DNA of 57,234 nucleotides from a virus (taxonomy: Duplodnaviria; Caudoviricetes). The position numbers were made by a program, and so were the translations under genes. The notes beneath the pieces are model-generated. The model ran no database searches. It saw only the letters and a list, made by a program, of their open reading frames with translations, and was not told the origin of the DNA. Within the stretch, counting starts at the first letter, position 1, and the number at the start of each line of letters is the position of its first letter. Below are positions 1 to 9,703 of the stretch, in pieces. The stretch lies in IMG/VR virus record IMGVR_UViG_3300016484_000638, positions 1 to 57,234 of that record, one strand, 5' to 3'.

Positions 1-16
1 TAAATTATACAATAAC

Positions 17-1114
17 ATGTGGAACAAGATTATTAGTTGGTCAATAATGTTATTTTTGACAGGGACACTAATGTCACTATCAAAAGTTTATTCACAAACT
101 GCGTTGTGTACAAGTTACCCAACAAGTTTTTGTTGTGAGTACGTATCAAGTATTACAATCAACGGGCAAACATTTGCGGGGTCAAATGGTTATGCCGCAA
201 CTTCAGGTGGTAACCCTCCAGGATATTACAATTACACCAACGGACCACTTATACCTACGATCACCGCAGGACAGAATATCTCATTACAATATACCGCACA
301 GACTAATGGAAACTATATGGAGTACTTCAAGATGTGGATTGATTTTAATGGTAATGGTGTTCTGACGGATGCAGGTGAATTAGTTCACGAATATAATTTT
401 TCGTGGTTAGGAACACACACGAAGTCAGCGACTTTTGTTGTACCAACCACAGTATTCAACGGACCAGTGTTAGTTAGATTTGTAATGGTATACGCAAACA
501 TCCCTAACTTGTGTGGGACATACGCTTACGGAAATACATTTGACTTTAAAACAAATATTACAGGGGCGATCAGTCCTTATGGTCATTCAGGTTATGTATA
601 TGGTGCTGAAGGTAATGGTATTGCAAATGTACCTGTAAAACTTTTTAAGAAATTAACAAATGAAACAAACTACAGTTTACACGGAACATACAATACAAAC
701 TCAAACGGACAATACAACATCACAACAAACCTTAATGCTGCTTCATACGATTTTCAAATAGTAGTAGACAACCTAACGGTTGCAAATCCTACCGTCACAG
801 ATGCTCAATTCTTTAATCAAAAAATATTAACACAAGGTTTTAGTTCTAAAGATTATTATAGATTAAATACGAATGGTAACAACATTCTAACAATATCAGA
901 TGTTTATGAGGTTTATCAAAAGACTTATAATGTTCCTTGGAACTCAGGGATACCAACATATAGGATATTTAATCAAACAGAATGGAATGTGATTAATTCG
1001 TCGTATGGTGATTTAAGAACAACTTACCCTGGAGTTCAGGGATTAACAATACAAAGTCCTGCAAACAGTGGGACAACAAACATTTATTTAATAAGAACAG
1101 GTTATGCGAATTAA
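17..1114 (+). CDS. Secreted GEVED-domain protein with C-terminal Ig/dockerin-like region
   Basis: Signal peptide; 'EYFKMWIDFNGNGVLTDAGE' GEVED-type motif; 'NTNGNNILTISDV' EF/dockerin-like loop. Confidence 0.65.
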   Translation: MWNKIISWSIMLFLTGTLMSLSKVYSQTALCTSYPTSFCCEYVSSITINGQTFAGSNGYAATSGGNPPGYYNYTNGPLIPTITAGQNISLQYTAQTNGNYMEYFKMWIDFNGNGVLTDAGELVHEYNFSWLGTHTKSATFVVPTTVFNGPVLVRFVMVYANIPNLCGTYAYGNTFDFKTNITGAISPYGHSGYVYGAEGNGIANVPVKLFKKLTNETNYSLHGTYNTNSNGQYNITTNLNAASYDFQIVVDNLTVANPTVTDAQFFNQKILTQGFSSKDYYRLNTNGNNILTISDVYEVYQKTYNVPWNSGIPTYRIFNQTEWNVINSSYGDLRTTYPGVQGLTIQSPANSGTTNIYLIRTGYAN

Positions 1115-1688
1115 GTTATTATTTTTATTTTTATTTCCACTATTCGTTTTCGCTCAGAAAACATTAAGAGATTCAATCTATATTAAAACTGATATGTTTG
1201 AGATTGTGTACTCTGAAAAATTACAACAACCTCTCTGGGTTACTTATACAGTAGAATGTCCTAAAGGTTCTGCATCAAGGTCTGGTATGGATTTTTTCAC
1301 ATGTGATTCTGTTAAAACTTCAGATAATAAAGATTATGAAAATAATATTTGGGATAAGGGTCACATGGCTCCTGCGGCAGATTTTAACTGTGATAAAGTG
1401 ATGTTAAAGAAGACTTTTAGTTATTTAAATTGTACGTTACAACAACAAGACTTAAATAGAACTACATGGAGGTTATTAGAAGCCTATGAAAGGGAGTTGG
1501 CTCTTAAATATGAGGTTTCTGTTGAAATAAGATGTGTTTTTTCTAAAACATCTATAGTATTAAAATCTGGGGCAACAGTACCAGATTCGTATTATAAAAT
1601 AATAAAATACAATGGTAAAATTGAAACTTATTTTTTTAAAAATGAGAAACCTTCTACCACTGATTTTAAGAAGTTTATTGTTATTTAA
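1104..1688 (+). CDS. Secreted DNA/RNA non-specific endonuclease (NucA family)
   Basis: Signal peptide; DKGHMAPA motif; 'TFSYLNC..Q..LNR..W..LE'. Confidence 0.9.
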   Translation: MRIKLLFLFLFPLFVFAQKTLRDSIYIKTDMFEIVYSEKLQQPLWVTYTVECPKGSASRSGMDFFTCDSVKTSDNKDYENNIWDKGHMAPAADFNCDKVMLKKTFSYLNCTLQQQDLNRTTWRLLEAYERELALKYEVSVEIRCVFSKTSIVLKSGATVPDSYYKIIKYNGKIETYFFKNEKPSTTDFKKFIVI

Positions 1689-1929
1689 AATCTACATAAC
1701 CATTAGTTTCTAATTCTTTAGAGAACTGTAAAACTAATTTGTAATTATCACATAATTCACCAGAACAATTGTCCAAACCAAACTCAGCCACAAACATATC
1801 ATAGGCTAATTTTTTTACAATTTCAGTCATAGGTTCCACCCTAATTAGAAACTCATAAGACTTTCCATCACCTATTGCGTTTGCTATCATCATAATAGCA
1901 CTTTTTAATTGATCTTTAGTACAATCCAT
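1681..1929 (-). CDS. Hypothetical protein
   Basis: ORF in tightly packed minus-strand run. Confidence 0.6.
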   Translation of the reverse strand: MDCTKDQLKSAIMMIANAIGDGKSYEFLIRVEPMTEIVKKLAYDMFVAEFGLDNCSGELCDNYKLVLQFSKELETNGYVDFK

Positions 1930-1939
1930 ATTAAATAAT

Positions 1940-2206
1940 TTATTCGTATCTCCAATATATAATTTCTACTATTAAAGTATGACCAGTAATAGAACACTTC
2001 CATTCCAAACAGTCAGGGTTGCCACAATTACATCTAAAACAAAAATAACTAAGACCTTCAGAGTCGTACCCAATGATGTCTACACCCTTAGTCGGTAACT
2101 TATCCTTAATATTATATACTACACTATTTTTTTCGAATTTAAATTCGGTCAAAATTTTTGTAGATTTTTGTAATTTATGCCAAAGGTCCCAGTTAATAAT
2201 AGACAT
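1940..2206 (-). CDS. Hypothetical protein with Cys cluster
   Basis: ORF; CxCxxxxCxxxxC. Confidence 0.6.
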   Translation of the reverse strand: MSIINWDLWHKLQKSTKILTEFKFEKNSVVYNIKDKLPTKGVDIIGYDSEGLSYFCFRCNCGNPDCLEWKCSITGHTLIVEIIYWRYE

Positions 2207-2214
2207 TACATTTT

Positions 2215-2586
2215 TTATTTTAAATTAGGGATAACCATCTCTAAAGTATAGATGTTATCTAAATCTTTTTTATTCTTCTTCTTTTTAGATTTTAGAAGTT
2301 CCAACTCTTCTAAAAGTTCTTCTTTTTTAGTTTTAGGTTTAACCCCAGTAACTGGGGTCTCAACTTTAACATTTTTTTCTATCTCTTTATATATGATTTT
2401 ATCCTTGTAGATAATTTTATCTTTATAAACAATTTTATCTTTGTATACAATTTTATCTTTGTATACAATATTGTCTTTATAGATAATCTTATCCTTATAA
2501 ATAACTTTAGACTTACCCTCTTTAGATAAAGAGTACAATACTATAAAAGAAATGATGTTTAATATAATTGAAGTTGCTAATACCAT
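2215..2586 (-). CDS. Membrane-anchored protein with (I/V)YKD(K/N)I hexapeptide repeats
   Basis: N-terminal hydrophobic helix; about 7 tandem 18-nt repeats. Confidence 0.7.
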   Translation of the reverse strand: MVLATSIILNIISFIVLYSLSKEGKSKVIYKDKIIYKDNIVYKDKIVYKDKIVYKDKIIYKDKIIYKEIEKNVKVETPVTGVKPKTKKEELLEELELLKSKKKKNKKDLDNIYTLEMVIPNLK

Positions 2587-2620
2587 ATCACAAAGATATA
2601 AAAATATCTTTAAACCACAA

Positions 2621-3037
2621 TCATATCGTTACACTTTCTAAAACTTCTTTAACAATTTTTGAAACCAAAGCATTATCCGCTTTACCTTTATATTCTTTAT
2701 TGAATGTACCCATCATTTGTCCTACATTAGTAATCCCAGTATTTTTATACGATTCAATTATTGAACGAATCAATGTTTCATCCATCATCTTAGGTAGGTA
2801 AGGTTTAATATACTCCAGTTCGTTTAAAGATTCTGGTGTATTAGTTTGAGTTAAAGATTTTTCCATTTTCTTTAAAATACCTAAAACAACTTCATCTGTT
2901 GCTGTACCAGTTCTTCCTTCTTCAGTTTGGATTTCTCCTTTAACTACCCCAAGAAAGTTTTTCTTTTCCATTTCTTTATTCTTAAATGCGGACATAAAAT
3001 CTGCATTAATTCTTTCTTTTAGTGTCATATTATTCAT
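2621..3037 (-). CDS. GatB/YqeY domain protein
   Basis: 'LKERINADFMSAFK...YLPKMM...GQMMG...GKADNALVS'; start moved to ATG at 3037. Confidence 0.85.
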   Translation of the reverse strand: MNNMTLKERINADFMSAFKNKEMEKKNFLGVVKGEIQTEEGRTGTATDEVVLGILKKMEKSLTQTNTPESLNELEYIKPYLPKMMDETLIRSIIESYKNTGITNVGQMMGTFNKEYKGKADNALVSKIVKEVLESVTI

Positions 3038-3239
3038 CTTCTTCTTTTTCAATATTTTCCAACGCAATTAAAATTAACCCATTTAGGTATTGCCATTTTG
3101 GACACGCGTTTGGGTAATGTCCAAATATCTCAACCAATTTTTGTTCTTGCCATTCCCTCTCTGAAGGAACAGGTGATAACCATTGACCGTCAATGTTATC
3201 TGATTTAATAAAAGCACTTTTTTCGAAGTTTTCTAAATT
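3030..3239 (-). pseudogene. 5'-truncated ORF remnant (NLENFEKS...IEKEEDE*)
   Basis: About 70-codon open frame with no upstream ATG; its stop overlaps the YqeY start (ATGAATAA). Confidence 0.45.
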
Positions 3240-3247
3240 TTAAAAGT

Positions 3248-3472
3248 TTATACTATCCATCTGATTAATAATTTAGCTTCCATAGTAGGTAGAAAATCTG
3301 CATCACCCATATCATCAACAGGAACCTCAAAAAATATGGTTTTACTCTTAATTACAGGTTCTTCCTCAACCCTAATAACACTATCGTAATACGCAACCCC
3401 TTTTCTAATCTGAAATAATTTTGCTTCAGGGTTTTGTTTATACAAAACTTTTTTAATTTCGTTTTTTTCCAT
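3248..3472 (-). CDS. Hypothetical phage protein
   Basis: ORF; 'FEVPVDDMGDADF...AKLLIRW'. Confidence 0.7.
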   Translation of the reverse strand: MEKNEIKKVLYKQNPEAKLFQIRKGVAYYDSVIRVEEEPVIKSKTIFFEVPVDDMGDADFLPTMEAKLLIRWIV

Positions 3473-3492
3473 TTTATTTATTTTTAATTTTG

Positions 3493-3594
3493 TAGTCAGG
3501 ACAGGATTCGAACCTGTATGAGTGCCATTACTAAGATCTAGGACATACTCCAGGGCTTGTTTCCCTTGCGTCTACACTATTCCGCCACCTGACT
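3493..3594 (-). ncRNA. tRNA-like RNA (Leu-type D arm, aberrant anticodon arm, long variable region)
   Basis: AGTCAGG/CCTGACT acceptor; GCGGAATAGTGTAGACGC D arm; ACAGG-TTCGAAT-CCTGT T arm; loop AAACAAG lacks U33. Confidence 0.75.
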
Positions 3595-3698
3595 ATTTAC
3601 TTGTCTTTCCAAGTTGTCAAACAATTGTTAAAGCTAATTTAATAACCCAGCATTAATCTGTTAATAACCTCTACTCTGCATTGTTATGTCAGCAATCG

Positions 3699-3796
3699 TA
3701 GTCAGGACAGGATTCGAACCTGTATCATGTCGGCTAAGTGCCGTTTTTCGTATCACATAATAGATACTAAGTGCTAACCAATTACACCACCTAACT
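3699..3796 (-). ncRNA. tRNA-like RNA
   Basis: AGTTAGG/CCTGACT acceptor; T arm and 3' end identical to the 3493 copy; GTATC-TATTATGT-GATAC arm has an 8-nt loop. Confidence 0.75.
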
Positions 3797-3799
3797 ATT

Positions 3800-3994
3800 T
3801 TAAAATGCTTGTAAATAATCTATCTCAATTTCTTTGTTTCTTCTAAATGGGGATAACCCACCTAATTTCCCAATTTCCTCATTGATGATTTTCATGTCTA
3901 CGTCACCTTCTATGGTTAAAATAAGATATTTAGTATCCGTTTTACGACCATTTTCATGATAACCCCTAAATTTAACTATAAATCTACTTTTCAT
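3800..3994 (-). CDS. Hypothetical protein
   Basis: ORF; start MKSRF overlaps upstream gene end. Confidence 0.55.
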   Translation of the reverse strand: MKSRFIVKFRGYHENGRKTDTKYLILTIEGDVDMKIINEEIGKLGGLSPFRRNKEIEIDYLQAF

Positions 3995-4169
3995 AATTTT
4001 TAATTTCTTTAAGAGCATCAACACAAATACCTTTTTTAACAGCATCATAATCTTCTTGTGAATGTTTAGGAAACCCCACTAAACGACAATTTCTATCATC
4101 TTTAGGGTATAACCATAACTTACCACTTAATTTTTTCTTAATTTTTCTAGGTAATCTAAATTTTTTCAT
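3984..4169 (-). CDS. Hypothetical protein (FRLPRKIKK motif)
   Basis: ORF. Confidence 0.6.
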   Translation of the reverse strand: MKKFRLPRKIKKKLSGKLWLYPKDDRNCRLVGFPKHSQEDYDAVKKGICVDALKEIKNYEK

Positions 4170-4362
4170 TATAAAAAATGTTAAACAATAAATAAATTAT
4201 TAAAATAAAAAGAATGGTATAAATAATTAATATAAATGTATCACCATTCTTTTTATATTTTTTAGTTAACCAGTTAGAAAACCCTTTGTAACCTAAACTC
4301 TTAGGTAAGATATCAAAAAATAGATAACCTGGTAATAATATCAAAGCTAATAATAATTCCAT
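4156..4362 (-). CDS. Small membrane protein
   Basis: Two hydrophobic segments. Confidence 0.55.
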   Translation of the reverse strand: MELLLALILLPGYLFFDILPKSLGYKGFSNWLTKKYKKNGDTFILIIYTILFILIIYLLFNIFYNEKI

Positions 4363-4387
4363 AATTAGACAACTATTTTTTTCATTA

Positions 4388-4969
4388 TTAATTGTTTAAA
4401 AAATTTATAATCTTTTCTTTAATTCCTAATTGTTTAATACCCTCATTTGATTTTGGGGTTAGTACAAAGTTATCCAATGACCACACATCTTTCCAAGGTT
4501 CACCATTTTTACCCATATCTAAGTCGTCAACAGATACCCAATGAGTAATTTCAGGGTGATCGTTAAGATATTGATTAATCTCGATACTTCTTGTTTGTTC
4601 TAAATCCCATTGTGGTGACCAAATAAAGTTATTTTTGTGACTAGTACAATCTTGTATGTTAGGAGTTAATCCAATTGGTTTTTTACATAGACCGTGTAGT
4701 TCATAATATTCACCAAGTTCTTCTAATGTTGCGTGTAACTTCCAATCAGAAGAAATAACAATCTCAGCACCTGTTTTTTCAATAATTTCATTAAGCACCT
4801 TAACAGCCTTTTTATCAAAATCATCAAATCTTACAGATACAGGAGCATCTTTTAGTTCCTTACTACTGTCAGGGTTTGAACCTCGGTACTTAGACCATTT
4901 CTTTGTACGTCCTCCCCAATTATTAGAAAGACAAATTACTCCATCATGATCTAAAAATATAACTTTCAT
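4388..4969 (-). CDS. HAD-family phosphatase (Swiss-army-knife RNA-repair type)
   Basis: IFLDHDGV, ISSDW, VSVDD motifs. Confidence 0.85.
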   Translation of the reverse strand: MKVIFLDHDGVICLSNNWGGRTKKWSKYRGSNPDSSKELKDAPVSVRFDDFDKKAVKVLNEIIEKTGAEIVISSDWKLHATLEELGEYYELHGLCKKPIGLTPNIQDCTSHKNNFIWSPQWDLEQTRSIEINQYLNDHPEITHWVSVDDLDMGKNGEPWKDVWSLDNFVLTPKSNEGIKQLGIKEKIINFLNN

Positions 4970-4975
4970 GGTTGA

Positions 4976-5407
4976 TTATTTATGACTATCTATTTTCTCT
5001 AGAATTTTGTTTAAACTATTACTGATTTGAGATTTGATTTTTTCCTCGTATGTAATTCTAATATTCTCTGTTTTATTGTCATACATATGCTTCAATCTAC
5101 TAGAATCTCTAGCATCTAATCTAACAACATAATGATATACATGGTTAGTAATCTCAACCTTTTGGTCCTGGAACACCACAAACATCCCAAGAGTCTCATT
5201 TATGATATATTTTTTATCAGAGATAGGGGCAATTGTGAATTTAGAATCTGGGTGTCCAATCAATTTTCTACAAATAGATAGACACACTTTTTCGTACTCA
5301 GTTTTTTCACCTTCAGGTTTAAGAAACTTAGTACCTTTTTCCCACATAAAAAATTTAATACCAAATCTTTTAAATTTTCTTTTTAACCACTTTCCGAATC
5401 GTTTCAT
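4976..5407 (-). CDS. Hypothetical protein
   Basis: ORF with upstream TATCTTTG promoter. Confidence 0.7.
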   Translation of the reverse strand: MKRFGKWLKRKFKRFGIKFFMWEKGTKFLKPEGEKTEYEKVCLSICRKLIGHPDSKFTIAPISDKKYIINETLGMFVVFQDQKVEITNHVYHYVVRLDARDSSRLKHMYDNKTENIRITYEEKIKSQISNSLNKILEKIDSHK

Positions 5408-5469
5408 AATTATATCTTTTTATTTATTCAACAAAGATAGTAATTTAATTCTGATTAATAAACAAATTT

Positions 5470-5901
5470 CTAAGATTTTTTAACAGAGTTTTCTTCTGAC
5501 TGAGTTATAAGTTCTAAAACTCTCCTTCTACCCTTTTCACCAATTGGAATGGGATTACCTTCTTCATCAATTTGTACAAATCTTATGTTGGTCCTTAGTA
5601 CTACTATCTGATTGCCTGTATATACATTATGGGCTCTTGCCTCCATATATAAGGTTATAGAAGTTGTACCTATTTTAGAAGGGTAACCATAAATTTTTAA
5701 TAATTGACCTTCTTTTGCCGGTTTCTCAAAATTACATTTATCTATAGACACTGTAACCATTCTTGGTGTATCACAAAGTTGCATTGAGTATCCTGCGGCA
5801 GCACCATCAAGGAGTGATAGTAACTTACCCCCGAAGAGATTTCCGTGAAACCCTAAGTCGGATTTTTTAATTGGGTGCGTTGTTATTAAATCCATAACCA
5901 T
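5470..5901 (-). CDS. Acyl-CoA thioesterase (hotdog fold, YciA-like)
   Basis: HGNLFGGKLLSLLD, MVTVSID, GTTSI motifs. Confidence 0.9.
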   Translation of the reverse strand: MVMDLITTHPIKKSDLGFHGNLFGGKLLSLLDGAAAGYSMQLCDTPRMVTVSIDKCNFEKPAKEGQLLKIYGYPSKIGTTSITLYMEARAHNVYTGNQIVVLRTNIRFVQIDEEGNPIPIGEKGRRRVLELITQSEENSVKKS

Positions 5902-6554
5902 TTATATGTTTTTTTTTGTTTTATTGATGTTATTTGTGCAGGACTTATATTATATTTTTCAGATATAAATTTATAACTTTTACCGTTACTAATTAAGTCA
6001 ACTATTTCTAACACTTCATTATCAGATAATTTTGAATTATGTTTTGATAATTTTTCTTTAGTTTCTTGTGTTAAAATCTTACCCTTATGTTTATCTGATA
6101 TTTTCTTTCTCCATTCAGTTCTAGATTCACGGTCATTTTCTTTGTAGAAATTTTTTAAACCATCTACTCTAGACTTTATTTGTTCTTCAGACCATTTTAT
6201 ACCTTTTAATTTTTCTTTCATTTTTTGTGTTACTTCTGGTGGACGTTTTTTTCCTTTTAAAGCCTTTCGTATTTTTTCACGAGTTTCCAGTGAAACTGTC
6301 CACCCAGTTAAATCTTCAACACTTTTATCAATCCTACTTGATAAAAAAACTAAAGACCTAAATTCTTTTTCAGATTTTGTTTCTTCAAATTGTTTAAGAT
6401 GTATTTTATAATGGTCTTCCAGAGATAGACATATTAAATTTTCTATTGAATTATTTTTTCTATTACCATCAATATGGTGGATGTCATATGTCCTACCTTG
6501 TTCGTCTTTTGGTATTTGTCCGTGGGTCTGTTCCCATATTTTCCTATAGTTCAT
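5886..6554 (-). mobile_element. HNH homing endonuclease with NUMOD3 repeats
   Basis: IHHIDGNRKNNSIENL; 'ETREKIR' repeats; C-terminal HTH. Confidence 0.85.
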
Positions 6555-6584
6555 ATTAATAAATATGTACTTACCACCAAAAAA

Positions 6585-6803
6585 CTACTTACCACCAAAT
6601 AGATTTCCATTTTGTATTTTGTTTAAATATAATTTATTCCCTTGACATTGATATTTTTCTTTTAAGTCCCATAACGAACCTATTTTGTCTAATGGTACCA
6701 TATGACAATTATGTTTTTTACCAGTTCTTTTTGAAAATGTGGTGATTGAGTCGTTATGTTTATTTTTAACAACCCAGGGACATTCTTTACAAGGTTTACT
6801 CAT
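6585..6803 (-). CDS. Small Cys-rich protein ending in a thioesterase remnant (GNLFGGK)
   Basis: KPCKECPW..HNCH..CQG. Confidence 0.6.
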   Translation of the reverse strand: MSKPCKECPWVVKNKHNDSITTFSKRTGKKHNCHMVPLDKIGSLWDLKEKYQCQGNKLYLNKIQNGNLFGGK

Positions 6804-6978
6804 TAGGGAATATATTAGTATTAATTACACCTACTAAAATTTTTTCATCTGATGTGATATCACAAGCGTTTTTAGTTAAGTCAGTTACTAATCTTTGTGT
6901 TACTTTTTTAAGTAAATCTTCATCTATAGAAGACATTTCTATCCGAATTGAAACGTTTTTATAATATTTTTTTTCCAT
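6796..6978 (-). CDS. Hypothetical protein
   Basis: ORF. Confidence 0.5.
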   Translation of the reverse strand: MEKKYYKNVSIRIEMSSIDEDLLKKVTQRLVTDLTKNACDITSDEKILVGVINTNIFPNE

Positions 6979-7002
6979 TAAAACACTTTTAAAAATTAAA
7001 AT

Positions 7003-7066
7003 GGAGGTGGTTGTGATAGCGAATCAAGCCACCTCCTATAGCCGTAGCTATAACGGTCCTAACCGT
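7003..7066 (-). ncRNA. Three-hairpin element containing sequence antisense to 23S rRNA helix 69
   Basis: ACGGT-TAGG-ACCGT, TATAGC-TACG-GCTATA, GGAGGTGG..CCACCTCC. Confidence 0.45.
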
Positions 7067-7076
7067 ATTTTAAATT

Positions 7077-7376
7077 TTAATTACTAAATTCTTTAATTCT
7101 ATCTTCTAAAATTCTTTTTTCCATAGCACCAGCTTGTCTCCAAACAACCTCACCATTTTTAAACAATAAGAAAGTAGGTATTCCTCTAATATTGTATTCA
7201 CTTAAAATGTCCTTATTAGTGTCGGCGTCAATTTTTACTACATTAACAAACTCTGACATTTCATTTGAGATTTCTGCTATTACTGGATTCATCATTCTAC
7301 ACGGACCACACCATTGTGCCCATATATCTACCAATGTTAATTTTTCTGATTTAATCAATTCACTAAGTTCTGACAT
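7077..7376 (-). CDS. trxA: Thioredoxin
   Basis: WCGPC, IRGIPT. Confidence 0.95.
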   Translation of the reverse strand: MSELSELIKSEKLTLVDIWAQWCGPCRMMNPVIAEISNEMSEFVNVVKIDADTNKDILSEYNIRGIPTFLLFKNGEVVWRQAGAMEKRILEDRIKEFSN

Positions 7377-7728
7377 AATTTAATTGTTTTAATTTTAATA
7401 TTTTATTACTTATAGGGTATTTTATACTCCCAACCTCCCAAAGGTCATCTCTTTTTTTACTATTACAGGAGTCACAAGAAACTATAAAATTATCTTCATT
7501 CATTCTTAATTCTTCATACTTTGAAGATGGATAAAAATGGTCAACAGTGGCCATATCATTTCTATTAAATTTTTCGTACCATTCATAGATAACTAAATTT
7601 TCTTTACCACAGTATTCACAATGTAAAGGACCAAAGGTCTCTTCTATTTTTTTTAAATAATTTTTATTGAATTCTAATCTACCCCATTTTTCTGGGTTTC
7701 TTTTACCCCATTCAGGTATTTTATTCAT
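7363..7728 (-). CDS. HNH endonuclease
   Basis: CEYC..TVDH..SCDSCNSKK. Confidence 0.85.
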   Translation of the reverse strand: MNKIPEWGKRNPEKWGRLEFNKNYLKKIEETFGPLHCEYCGKENLVIYEWYEKFNRNDMATVDHFYPSSKYEELRMNEDNFIVSCDSCNSKKRDDLWEVGSIKYPISNKILKLKQLNYVRT

Positions 7729-7926
7729 TTATCTATTTTTTATCACAACTAACTCATAGACCCAACCACTATCAGAGTTTTCGTTTAATATTTTAACTAA
7801 TTTTTTAGCATCATCTTTATTATCCATTTCAAGGACTTCACTATCACCATTTGTCATAAAAATATGATTTTTCTTACCGTTGGGTAAAACCATAACCTTT
7901 TTTATTACGTAAACTTCGTTTTCCAT
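7729..7926 (-). CDS. Hypothetical protein
   Basis: ORF. Confidence 0.65.
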   Translation of the reverse strand: MENEVYVIKKVMVLPNGKKNHIFMTNGDSEVLEMDNKDDAKKLVKILNENSDSGWVYELVVIKNR

Positions 7927-7978
7927 AAAACTATTTTTTTTTAAAAATATAATAAAAATAATTTAATTAGAAAAGTGT

Positions 7979-9655
7979 TTAAAAAGGTAAATCATCTGGA
8001 TTAGTACGATTTTTAGATTTTAGGTCGTTCCATTGGTCAACCAATTTATCTCTTTCATCATATAACTTATCTAAATATACATCTAGTTTTTTGATTCTAT
8101 CTACATTACCCTTAGAGTCTTCATTATATAGGTCTTGCCACATCTCTTCATAAGAATCTATTTTAGCATCTAAATCATTTATAGATTTATCAATAGAATC
8201 TAATGTACTAGATATAGAACCTGTGACACTTGTTTGTGGGGTATTTGTAGTAACTGGTTTTTGACCAGCAGCTGTTTGTGTTACAGTAGTAACAGGTTTA
8301 GCTGTATAAGGTTTAGGTGTATAAGGTTTAGGTTCTGGTTTATTATGAACGTACCTCATTTTATTAATTCTTTTAAGAATATCAGCACCTCTTTTATTGA
8401 AATATTTTTCAGTATAGTTTAAAAAATCTACAACATCAGGAAATTTTCTAAATAATGGTATATTATAATCTATTAACAAATCAGTCCACATGTCTTGTAA
8501 ACCTTTAGCTGGTTTACCTTCTTTATTTAAAAAATTAGATGCTTTAAAATTCATTAAACTTTTAGCAGTCTGTTTATAATTAAAACCTGCATTATCATAT
8601 TCATTTTCTAAATAAGCTGGAGCCTCTAATTTTGACCCTAGGTAATAATTTTTTATAATAGGGTTTAATTGACCATATTTAGCACCACCACCCAAAACTA
8701 ATTTCTCAAAGTCTTTAGTGTAAATATTTTTAATTTCCCAACCATCTCTAATTGGTTTAGCACCTCTACTCATTCTATTCCAGTCATCGTAAGCATGTTT
8801 AATTTCATGTACTAAGATTGAACCACCTATAGAACTCATAGGCATGTTTAAATAAACTACATATTCACCTTCTTCATTGTAACCAGATTTCCAGTGATCA
8901 TATTCTATTCTATTAGAACTAGTTAAAACCCATTTATCTACTTTAAAATTTTCATAAGCTTCAGGGAAATCTTTACCGTTAATTTCTATTTTATCTATTT
9001 TTGGTTGTGGAATATAATTACCACCATAACCACCGTAACCACCATATCCACCGTAACCACCTTGGTAACCATAATCCCCATAAGCGGATTCTGTCATATA
9101 ACTACCATAAGTGTCATCGTCGTAATTTACAGCATAAACAAGTTCATAGTCATCTGTATAGAAAGCTTCACCGTTAAGCATATGGTCTTCGATAACTTCT
9201 TCTATACCTATTCTAAATTTTTCAGGAAACTCAGACTCTACAGTGTCAACGAAAAAACTACCTTCACCATCTAATTTAATATTAAATAATTTACCAGATA
9301 CTTCACGTTTAATACCAGGAAACTCATATAAGACATCAGAATTTATAACTAATTCATCACCATAAACATTAGCCTCCTCATAAGGTTCACCAGCCTCATT
9401 CTCAAAATGAGTGTAACCTATTTTATAACTGTAATCGTCTTTTTCATCTTCTAATGGTGCTGACCAAGAGAAATTTTTTGGGCTTTGTGGTTGTGGACTA
9501 GGTGTTTTAGGAGTCTGTGTTGCCATTTTTTCTCTTTCCGCCTTAACGTAGTCACTAACATATTTTTCAATAATTTTAGCCCAAGCTCTAGTTTCAAATG
9601 AAATACCGGCCACCTCTGATAATATTGTTGTTTTGATTATTTTACTAATTTTCAT
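7979..9655 (-). CDS. Large protein with HExxH zincin-like motif and ILSE-type N-terminal tag
   Basis: HEIKH ... LEAPAY; GGY repeats; N-terminus MKISKIIKTTILSE. Confidence 0.6.
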   Translation of the reverse strand: MKISKIIKTTILSEVAGISFETRAWAKIIEKYVSDYVKAEREKMATQTPKTPSPQPQSPKNFSWSAPLEDEKDDYSYKIGYTHFENEAGEPYEEANVYGDELVINSDVLYEFPGIKREVSGKLFNIKLDGEGSFFVDTVESEFPEKFRIGIEEVIEDHMLNGEAFYTDDYELVYAVNYDDDTYGSYMTESAYGDYGYQGGYGGYGGYGGYGGNYIPQPKIDKIEINGKDFPEAYENFKVDKWVLTSSNRIEYDHWKSGYNEEGEYVVYLNMPMSSIGGSILVHEIKHAYDDWNRMSRGAKPIRDGWEIKNIYTKDFEKLVLGGGAKYGQLNPIIKNYYLGSKLEAPAYLENEYDNAGFNYKQTAKSLMNFKASNFLNKEGKPAKGLQDMWTDLLIDYNIPLFRKFPDVVDFLNYTEKYFNKRGADILKRINKMRYVHNKPEPKPYTPKPYTAKPVTTVTQTAAGQKPVTTNTPQTSVTGSISSTLDSIDKSINDLDAKIDSYEEMWQDLYNEDSKGNVDRIKKLDVYLDKLYDERDKLVDQWNDLKSKNRTNPDDLPF

Positions 9656-9703
9656 GTCTATATATAATATATTATAAATATCATTAAAAATAATAAAAAT
9701 AAA

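Noticed and set aside
2380-2505. 18-nt tandem repeats as possible CRISPR array
   Set aside because: No spacers; in-frame coding repeat (IYKDKI)
9018-9085. 9-nt repeats
   Set aside because: Encode a GGY low-complexity linker
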